From an uncultured Lachnoclostridium sp. (GTDB lineage Bacteria > Bacillota > Clostridia > Lachnospirales > Lachnospiraceae): a stretch of DNA of 64,000 nt. The stretch covers positions 2,400 through 66,399 of the forward strand of contig CAMIWE010000003.1 in assembly GCA_946402335.1 (NCBI GenBank), in the 5' to 3' direction. Of this stretch, positions 8,605 through 18,600 are shown piece after piece (position 1 is the stretch's first letter; each line of letters begins with the position of its first letter). The notes below the pieces were generated by a model, which saw nothing but the letters and a program-made list of their open reading frames with translations, had not been told where the DNA came from and searched no databases. The position numbers were made by a program, and so were the translations under genes.

Positions 8605-8634
8605 ATAATACGCTATTCGTATGATTGTATACAA
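8605..8634 (-). promoter_or_regulatory. Candidate sigma-70-type promoter of the pilus operon (-35 TTGTAT, 18-nt spacer, -10 TATTAT)
   Basis: Minus-strand reading: -10 at 8605-8610 and -35 at 8629-8634. The -35 is part of the palindrome TTGTATACAA (8625-8634). Confidence 0.3.
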
Positions 8635-8754
8635 AGTAAATATATTTTAATACCAATTCTGCAAAAAAACTTTACATTTTGTTTACAAATTGCAGGCACT
8701 CTTCTTTGATTCGGAATCGTATATATCGCATTTCGGTCGCCGCCTCGCTTTTTT

Positions 8755-8791
8755 GATATAGAAAAAGGATGTTCTATGGCGAACATCCTTT
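8755..8791 (-). terminator. Rho-independent terminator after the LRR protein gene
   Basis: An 11-bp stem (AAAGGATGTTC / GAACATCCTTT, 8764-8791) is followed on the minus strand by TTTTTCTATATCAAAAAA. Confidence 0.7.
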
Positions 8792-8802
8792 ATTCTTAGG
8801 GA

Positions 8803-9660
8803 TTATTTCTTTTTGTTAATGACCAAAACGACACCGCCGCACAAAACAAGAAACGCTGCTGCAATCCCGAGAATAACCGAGATTTTTACAGGTTTGCCCT
8901 GCTTTTTAGAAGAGTCGACCGCATCAAGATCGGGTACATTACTCGTATCCGGCGAAAGTGTAGGAATCGGTGTAACCGTCGGTGTCGGAGAAAGAATCTC
9001 ATCGAGATTGACATCGATCTCTCCAATCTGGGTTTCCCCTGTAGCGGGAGTCGGTTCCAAAGTCACGGCATCGGTCGGTGCAGGGCTTTCGGTCGGTGTG
9101 GTTCCCGGGGTGATTTTTTCGGTAGGATCCGTCGTCGGAGTGGCCCCGGGAGTAACATTGCCGGTAGGTGCTGTCGTTGTTGTCGGTTCCGGGGTAACCG
9201 GTTCAACCGTAACAGTAGGCGCAGGCGTAACGGTACTCGGTTTCACCGGCTCCGTCGGAATCAGAATACCACCATTCAAGATCAGCTCGGTCGGCGTATC
9301 CTGCGGATGATCGGTATTCGCGTTGTAGATTACCTTCAGTCCGTCCTTGAATGCCCCCTCTTCCACCTTGCAGATCGTATCCGGCAGATTCAGCTTCTTG
9401 ATGTACTTATTGACGGAAAATGCGCCTTTGGCGATCGCATTTACCGGATATCCTCCGATCATCGAAGGAACCGTAACCTCTTCCTGCTTCCCAAAGCACC
9501 CGACAATCGTAATGGATTCATTCGCAATCGTATAATAGAGGGTGCCCTCAGTGTAGACGGTATCCGGATCCGGCTCGGAATCAACTGCAAATGCAGTTGA
9601 ATGCGGCAGAGCCAGGAGGAGGATAAAGGATATAATTAGTAAAGATATAAAACGTTTCAT
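8803..9660 (-). CDS. Secreted BspA-type leucine-rich-repeat protein with Pro/Thr linker and C-terminal TM anchor
   Basis: 285 aa with a signal peptide ending STAFA. The LRR_5-like unit reads ESITIVGCFG...VTVPSMIGGYPVNAIAKGAFSVNKYIKKLNLPDTICKVEEGAF. It has a ~100-aa P/T-rich linker, a TM helix ISVILGIAAAFLVLCGGVVLVI and a KKK tail. It starts 28 nt after the stop of the giant gene. Confidence 0.8.
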   Translation of the reverse strand: MKRFISLLIISFILLLALPHSTAFAVDSEPDPDTVYTEGTLYYTIANESITIVGCFGKQEEVTVPSMIGGYPVNAIAKGAFSVNKYIKKLNLPDTICKVEEGAFKDGLKVIYNANTDHPQDTPTELILNGGILIPTEPVKPSTVTPAPTVTVEPVTPEPTTTTAPTGNVTPGATPTTDPTEKITPGTTPTESPAPTDAVTLEPTPATGETQIGEIDVNLDEILSPTPTVTPIPTLSPDTSNVPDLDAVDSSKKQGKPVKISVILGIAAAFLVLCGGVVLVINKKK

Positions 9661-9688
9661 TAGGACTCCGTTAAGGTACTATAAAAAT

Positions 9689-12600
9689 TTAATCTACCAT
9701 GAACTGCTTATATTGATTAATCAATTCCACTATTTCTTCAAATGTGATTTTTCCGGAATCTACAGCAATCTTAAGGTATTTACCATTCCACTCATCAAAC
9801 TGTTTCTCCGTCACATATTCTGCGAACACACTATAATCATATGTCCCGTATTTTGCAAGAGCCTCTTCGAATTTGGCTGTATCATAACGCATCGTTTCGC
9901 CCATCGGAATCCAGTTGTAGAATTCTTCCGGAGGTGCAACGGTCAATAATCCCGATGCAAATGCATTGGAAGTATATGCTGCAGTGATGGAATATGCATT
10001 CGTAACTTCTTCTGTCACATAAGCGTCAACAAGTTCAACCACATCATACTCATTATTGACGCTCTGCTTCACAAATCGATGACCGATAAAACTCTTGCAA
10101 TTCTCAGGAAAAATATATACAAACTTATTCTGATCAATATCAAACAATCCATGATCTGCTATCGTTCTGAGTGATGTGCCATCCGAGAAAGCAAGATTGG
10201 TTACCTTATATTCTGCTTCGCCGTGGTCAACAAGAATGGAAATATTCTGCGATACGTATTCACCGGTAAAGAAATCCCAACTAAGGATTTGGTCATCAGA
10301 TGAAATCTCTTCGATTGGCTTCTGTGAACCATCTGCAAGAGTAATCATAGTACCGGAAGCGAAGCAACCAGGACTAGGACAAGTATGTGCTGCTCTATAA
10401 TAAGCTACAACATAATAAAATGTATCACCTTTATTATCCGTATAGGAGAAAGATGCATACAATTCACTTTCGGACTTATCACTTCCTAAAGCACCGCTAG
10501 TCCAACCATAAAGATTTTTATATGTACCCGACGACAATTTTCCCTCAGTTCCTGCTTTACCGGACCCTGAAGACCATCCTGTCCCCTTAGAAGGCTTATC
10601 TTCTGTCAGTATATTGACCGAACTAGGACGAGAAGCCTGAGACGAATGATTCACTATCGTAGTAGCATTCTGTGCTGTTCCACCGTTAGCATAATCTTTA
10701 ATATCCACCGCCAGAAAGATCGGATAGAGCCAGTTGAAATCGCTGTAATTATCTTGAAAATCTACATAAACGACCGGACAATACACCGTTATTCCATCTA
10801 CAGTCGTACTTTTAACAGTATTACTTGTCGATGTCACATCAGGCATAACATATTTTTTTCCACCGGATGTGATAACAGTTTTGGATGAATATGTCTGCGA
10901 CGGGGTTTTACTCTCACTATTATATCCGTAAAACGTAAATTCAGCATTTTTTGCAGCTGCTTTTATTGCTGATACAGAAACCATAAAATCTTTTCTATAT
11001 GTTACGCTCGAATCCTTATTTCCCAAACTATTATAATTATATGGGTCAGTATATTCAAATTCCAATTCATATTCCCCAGCTTCAGTAAATGTAACAATTG
11101 AGTTGGCGCAAACTGATCCGCTTAATCTTACAGTATACGATAACGGAATACCGAATTTATTAACAGACAACGCCCCCAAATCTACAGAGTATCCATCAAG
11201 GTTTTCTTCTTCAAATCCAATTTTAACTTTTCTTTCATCGGAATCATAATAACAATAACGGCGTTCCGAAACATGTTCATTGGGCCAATTCCAACTTTCA
11301 GCAGGTATAACCACAGCCTGGCGATTACTAAAATCATCCGAATAATCTAATGAAACAGACTCTAGTGAATTGCCTTCGACCGTATAACATAAGCCGGTTT
11401 TTCCTAAAGCAGTTTTACTAACTCTTGTATAAGGCATGCCAACCTTTTGATCTGAATTTCTTTCATCTAGTAAATTGTTTGCGTTAAGGTTAACATTTTC
11501 ATTAAAATATAAAATACCGGTATTAACATAAGTTTTGTTTTGGTTTTTATACCTAATATTGCTATATGCACTATCGTTAAACAAGCTACCAAGGAAAGAG
11601 TTATAAGTACTAGGAACATCACTCTGCTGGGCCCAGTTATACTGATGAAGATAGCCGTCTAAGATTACCTTGGGAACATCTGATTCAACAATAATTCCCA
11701 TACCATAAGGGGAATCATCATACCCCGGTTGTACAGTTGTAAGGTTCTTTAATACAACTCGTTCTCCACCGCCAATAATCATATTTGCCACAGCGCCACC
11801 GATTATCGACGTATCTTCAATGGTGCTGTTGCCGGTTGTAACATTTACAGCATATTTGCTACCGGTAACCAAGCAATTATATAAACCGGAATTACCACTG
11901 AGACGTATAGTATCCTGATAATATTGATTACTTGTTCCAGACATAACCGCAGTGGGAAAATACTGCCCCAAGAACTGAACATTATTCGCATATCCGTTAG
12001 TAACATTGATCCAACCTTTAGCCCCGGAAGTATCTGTTCTGGTATCAATCACGCTAAAACCGTTACCATACAGCGTCTTACCATTCGAGATACTCATTCC
12101 GCTCGTGGAAACATCGTTTAAAAGAACAATATTTGCGCTTGATGCATTGGTAGCTGTTGTAGCATTATTAGCATTAACCACTTCCAGATTCAGCGTATAC
12201 TCGTCTCCGTTGCCTTCCTTGATGGTAACCTTAACAGGACCCTCGCCGGTGAATTTCAGCGTAGACTGGGTCCAATCAGATGCATTTGCCGAATATACGC
12301 ACTTTGCAGTGCTGCCTTCGGCAAGGTTTGTTCCGGTTCCTTTTACGGAGGAATTGCTCTCAACTGCCACTACTTTAATCGTGACATCCGAAGAAACAGG
12401 CGCACTATCTCCTGCTTCATCTACCTTGAACAACGATCCAAGTTTTACCGTATTTCCGTTACCGACACGATACAGATAACGGTCTACATTAGCGAAATTA
12501 TCACTATGTGTAAATGTATTTGCAGAAGCAATCTCAACCTTCTTTTTGTCCGCGTAGGTGTTATTATTGAAGGAAACCTCAGCAGTATATACCATGTATC

Positions 12601-15600
12601 CTGCATCGTCACCAGTACCGATGGTACCGGTAACCTCAGTTGATACACTGTCGGTATGCGATGCGTTATTTTGACATACGAAGGAAGCCGTTGCGGATGT
12701 ATATCCGTCGGCGTCATTTCCGGTCCAGCTCCAGGTCGGCTCACCCCAGTTGTGTCCAAGTGCAGCTATCTCAACATAGGTAGTGTAGTCACAACGTGAG
12801 CAGGTATCGTAAGCATTCCAGCCAATTTCCGTACAGGTTGCTGCCTGTGCCGCGTGACTAATAAGGTCGTGGCCAAGCGCCGCGATAACCTGGTTTTCTC
12901 TGGAAAGTTCTGCTCCACAGGTATTGCAGTATACCACTGCCTCATAAGAACCGGCTTCAAGGCAAGTTGCCTCTACACGGTTCTCTTCCACAGCTGCCTT
13001 AGGCGTATGCCCAAATGAAGCAATTTCCGCATATGTCGTATAGTCACAACGCAAGCAGGTTTCATAAGCGTTCCAACCTATTTCCGTACACGTTGCTGAC
13101 TGTGCCGCATGACTTATAAGATCATGACCAAGCGCTTCTACTTCACGGGTTTCCGTCTCTCCGCAGCGAGAGCAGGTTCTGGTCTCCTCGCCGGCTTCCG
13201 TGCAGGTCGGCTCTGCAGTTACAGACCAACTACCGAAGGAATGACCAAGTGCAGGATATACAACGATTGATGTATAGTCACATCTTTCGCAAGTGTTGTG
13301 CGGATTCCATCCGTCCTCCGTACAGGTGGCGGCCTTAGGAGCATGATATACCGTCTTATGACCTAACGAACTACCGACTATAATTGTCGTGCGACTTCGC
13401 TGAATACCGCAACGTGTGCAATAAACTACCGCTTCGTAAGTACTAGCCTGTGTACAGGTTGCTTCCTTTATGTTTTCAGCAACTGGCTCCCCATTAAGAT
13501 GTCCCTTCATAGAATCAATTATATGGTTAGATAAAAGCAATTTATTACATCTGTTGCAATAAGCAACCACATCATGAGAACCATTCTCCGTGCAGGTTGG
13601 TTCAACAATATTGATATTAATCAATTGCCCTTGAACATGTCCGAGACGATTTAATGAAATCTTGCCTCTGCTGATTTCCGAATTACATACGGAACAATAT
13701 CTAACTAAATCATAAGAGCCAAACTCTTCACAGGTTGGTTCTACCAGGTTTTCCTGTACAGGATCCATCATTACGTGTCCACTAGCAGGAATTACCATTT
13801 TCGTGGTGCTCAATTTATAGCCACAAACATCACAATATACAACATCATCATAATAACCGGCCTCCGTACAGGTTGCAGGAATTTCATTCTCTCTGACAGC
13901 CGGTAGCGGTGTATGACTCTTCGCCGGGACAACAATATAATCACGGCTTAATTCCGTACCGCATACTTCACAGTAAACAACCAAATCATAAGAGCCTTCT
14001 TCAGTACAGGATTCGCCCTTAACATTCTCCTTAACTGCTTCCGCTTCAAGATGTCCGGGAGCCTCGATCAGGACAAATGTGGTATAGTCGCAACGTTCGC
14101 AGGTATCGTATGCATCCCAGCCGTCCACAAGACAGGTTACCGGCTGAGCAGCATGATGAACAAGATCATGGCCAAGCGCGTCAATCTTCGCATAGGTAGT
14201 ATAATCACAACGTTCACAGGTCACATAAGCATCCCAGCCGATTTCGGTACAAGTTGCTGCCTGTGCCGCATGCTCAACGATCAGATGACCAAGAGCAGGA
14301 ATTACAACCTGCGTCGTATAATCGCAGCGGCTGCAGGCCTCATAAGCATCCCAGCCGTCCTCAGTACAAGTTACAGCCTTGGCATCATATTGCGTCAGAT
14401 CATGTCCGAGCGCACTAACCGGACGAGCCTCTACACCATTACAATACTGGCAGGTTCTGGTTTCTTCACCGTCAGCCGTACAGGTCGGATGCGTGGTTTC
14501 AAACCACATGCCCCAGTTATGGATGCACTGGAGGGTACTCGTCTCATCAATTACATATTCAATTCGGGAAACGGTTACCGCTTCGCTGCGGTCTGCGTCG
14601 GGCGCCCAGATAACAAGCTCAACCGTCATCTTCTTTCCGATGTTCAATGCGGAAAGATTGAATGCACCGCAGTCAAATGTTCCGATATTGAACAGGCAGT
14701 CATTATAGGTGACATTGTCAAGGCCGAACGAACGGAGAAGGTCAAATGTCTCGCCGTCTGCCACATCCTGCGGGAACAGGAATGCGAAGCTCAGGTCGGT
14801 ACCGTATCCGGAATAAGCGCCGTAAAGACCGAAGGATTCTTTTGCAAAATCTCCGTCAAATGTGATTCGGTAATCGCTGTTCCAGTCACGATAATACGCA
14901 AGCGTCTCATCGCTCGGTACATCGGCCGTAAACTCATATTCCACACCAAGGTGATCAACCATAATATGGGTGTCACCGAAAGGATCATTGATATCGATGA
15001 TCGGAACGCCGGTCTGCGGCTCCTTTTCCGTTACCAATGCGGAAGGATACTTCGGAATCGTATGGGTTACACGCTCCAGTTCCGCGCCACAGGTATCACA
15101 ATATACAACCATGTCGTAAGAACCGTCTTCCGAAATGGTGGGCTCTACATAATTTTCTTCAACCGCATCTTTAGGCGTATGACCAAGAGCAGCGATTTCA
15201 ACATACGTTGTATAGTCGCAGCGCGAGCAGGTATCATAGGCATCCCAGCCGATTTCCGTACAGGTCGCAGCCTGTGCCGGATGATTGATAAGGTCATGGC
15301 CGAGGGCGTCAATTACCTTAGGCTCTCTGCTAAGTTCTTCTCCACAGGTATCGCAGTATACGACAGCCTCATAGGAACCGGTCTCGGTACAGGTCGGCTC
15401 TACGCGGTTCTCTTCCACAGCTTCCTTAGGCATATGACCGAGTGCTTCAATCTTTACATAGGTTGAGTACTCACAACGCGAGCAGGTATCGTAAGCATCC
15501 CAGCCAATCTCCGTACAGGTCGCAGCCTGGGCGTCATGATGGATAAAATCATGGCCAAGTGCGTCAATCACCTTAGGCTCTCTGCTGAGTTCCTCTCCAC

Positions 15601-18600
15601 AGGTATCGCAATATACAACAGCATCGTAAGAACCGGTCTCAATACAGGTCGGCTCTACGCGGTTCTCTTCCACAGCTTCCTTAGGCGTATGGCCAAGGGC
15701 TGCAATCTCAGTATAAGTGGTATAATCACAACGTGAGCAGGTATCGTAAGCATCCCAGCCGATTTCCGTGCAGGTCGCAGCCTGAGAGTCGTGATGGATA
15801 TAATCATGACCGAGCGCATCAACCGGTCTGGTTTCGGAAGCGTTACAATATTCGCAGACTCTGGTTTCCTCGCCTTCCGTAATGCAGTCCGGTGCAGTCG
15901 TAACATACCAACCGCCCCAATTGTGTACGCAATCAACGTTGGACCGGTCATCAAAAGTATATTCAATTGCCACGATTGTCTTCGCGGAATCGCGATCGGA
16001 ATCAGGTGCCCACATGATCAGCTCAACGGTCATCTTCTTGCCGAGATTGAGTGCGGAAACATTAAATACGCCGCAGACAAATGTATTAATATCACTGCGG
16101 ATATCTCTGTAAGTAACATTTTCAAGACCGGCAGCCTGAAGAAGGTACACTTCGTCTCCTGCAACAACATTGTTCGGGAACAGGAATGCCAGGCTGTATG
16201 TAGTTCCGAAGCCGCTGTATTCGCCGAACAAACCGAAGGAATTCTCAAGGAAATCATCGGCAAATGTTACACGATAGTCGCAATTCCAGTCTTTATAATA
16301 ATCGTAAGTTGCATCTTCCGGAGTAACCGATGTAAAGGAATACTCTGCATTCAGCTTGTCAACGGTTTTATGCAGATCTTCATTAAGGTTTCGGATGTTA
16401 ACAAGTGGCAGATTCGTCCGTGGCTCCAGCTCGTCAACCTGTGCAGAAGGATACTTCGGAATCGTGTGGGTTACACGCTCAAGCACTTCACCGCAGGTGT
16501 CACAGTATACAACCATGTCATAAGAGCCGTCGGCCTCACAGGTCGCCTCAACATAGTTTTCTTCTACTGCTTCGTTCGGGGTATGGCCAAATGCTTCGAT
16601 CTTTACATATGTTGAATAATAACAACGCGAGCAGGTATCGTAAGCATTCCAGCCATTTTCCGTACAGGTCGCAGCCTGGGCGTCATGATGGATAAGGTCG
16701 TGTCCGAGAGCATCAATCACTGTAGCTGTTCTGCTGAGCTCTTCTCCGCAGGTATCACAGTAAACGACAGCATCATAGGAACCGGCCGCAATACAAGTCG
16801 GCTCTACACGATTCTCTTCTACAGCCGCCTTCGGGGTATGTCCGAACGCTTCAATCTTTACATATGTTGAATAATAACAACGCGAGCAGGTATCGTAAGC
16901 ATCCCAGCCAACCTCCGTACAGGTGGCAGCCTGAGCGTCATGATGGATAAGGTCGTGTCCGAGTGCATCGATAGTTTTAGGTTCTCTGCTGAGTTCCTCT
17001 CCGCAAGTTTCACAATATACAACAGCATCATAAGACCCGGCCGCAATACAAGTCGGCTCTACGCGATTTTCTTCTACAGCCGCCTTCGGGGTATGGCCAA
17101 ATGCTTCAATCTTTACATATGTTGAATAATAACAACGCGAGCAGGTATCGTAAGCATCCCAGCCAACCTCCGTACAGGTCGCTGCCTGAGCGTCATGATG
17201 GATAAGGTCGTGACCGAGTGCATCAATCACCTGGTGATTTCTGCTGAGTTCCTCTCCGCAAGTGTCACAATATACAACAGCATCATAAGACCCGGCTGCA
17301 ATACAAGTCGGCTCTACGCGATTTTCTTCTACAGCCGCCTTCGGGGTATGTCCGAATGCTTCAATCTTCACATATGTTGAATAATAACAACGCGAGCAGG
17401 TATCGTAAGCATCCCAGCCAACCTCCGTGCAGGTGGCAGCCTGCGCATCATGATGGATAAGGTCGTGACCGAGTGCATCAATCGCTCTGGTCTCGATTTC
17501 ATCACAGTTCGCACAGACTCTTGTCTCTTCGCCGTCTTCCAGGCAGGAAGCTTCCTTGGAAACGGTCCAATTGCTCCAGTTGTGGATGCAGTCAAGCTTC
17601 GTTGCCCCGGCAAACGTGTAGCTCTTTTGAGCAACAACATAAGCATCTTTAGGATCCGTACCGGGCTCCCACATAACCAGTTCCACGGTAACCGTAGTCC
17701 CGATATTGGCATCGGAAATGTTAAAAGCACCGCAGATGAACTCCGGAATATTCGTATAAATGTCATGATAAGTTACATTCGAAAGGCCGAGTGACTGAAG
17801 CAGAAAAAGGCTGTCCCCCTCTGCAAACCCAACAGGGCTGAGAAAGGCAGCCTCAAAGTCTGTTCCGAAACCGGAATAAGCTCCGTAAAAGCCGAAGCTT
17901 CCCGCAGCAATATCATGATCAAAGGAAACGCGGTAGTCACAGTTCCAGTCCGCGTAATATTCTTTCGTCTTGTCCTCAACGGAATCCGCAGTATAGGAAT
18001 ATACACCGTCAATCGAGCGAACGGTTTTCGTAACCGGATTCAATGTGGAAGGATCGTACAGCTGCACATTTTCCAAAGGTGCAACCTCTGTAACGATTGC
18101 CGTAGGCATGTCAGGCGCCGGAATCGGCACGGGCTCAAAGACAGGATTATAGACCGCATCGGCCGTTACCGGTGCAAGTTCCGGATCCCATCCGATAAAG
18201 TTATAGGTATACTCGTCATCTTCTGCTTTTACGGGCTCTTCGCCTTCATAAACAGGCATCTGACCCATCAAAACATCGGAAGTCTGCAGTGCATTGCCTT
18301 CCGCATCATTGAAGGTAACCGTATAATATACTCCGTTCAGACTGTTATAGGAGAACGAATTGATATCCGAATAAATCGTATGAAGGGCACCGTCTTTATC
18401 ACGGTAGGATACATATGCCCGGATATACAAAACGATATTCGGATCTGTAGTCGAAAGGTTATAGGTATATACACCCTTCTGGGTCGTAAGGCCGGATTTG
18501 AGTTGGCGAACATCCACGCCGCCCAATACAAGATTCTGCGCCGCGTCTTCCCCTCCGAACAAGGTTCCGTTTACGCCAAATACAAAGCCGGAGACGCTGA

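Noticed and set aside
8813-9310. The 165-aa plus-strand ORF opposite the LRR protein gene, rich in G/V/T/S.
   Set aside because: It is the reverse-complement shadow of the Pro/Thr-rich linker codons (ACN/CCN read as NGT/NGG). It has no start context.
8803-10366. Classical polymorphic-toxin reading: Hint domain + C-terminal toxin + downstream immunity gene.
   Set aside because: The tail after Hint is only 82 aa, with no nuclease, deaminase or pore motif I can recognise. The downstream gene encodes a signal-peptide-bearing LRR membrane protein rather than a small cytoplasmic immunity protein. I keep it only as an alternative in the Hint finding.
9938-10366. A true self-splicing intein.
   Set aside because: The domain lacks the C-terminal His-Asn and a +1 Cys/Ser/Thr. 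It has no homing endonuclease insert. The sequence after it is a short tail rather than the continuation of a host protein.
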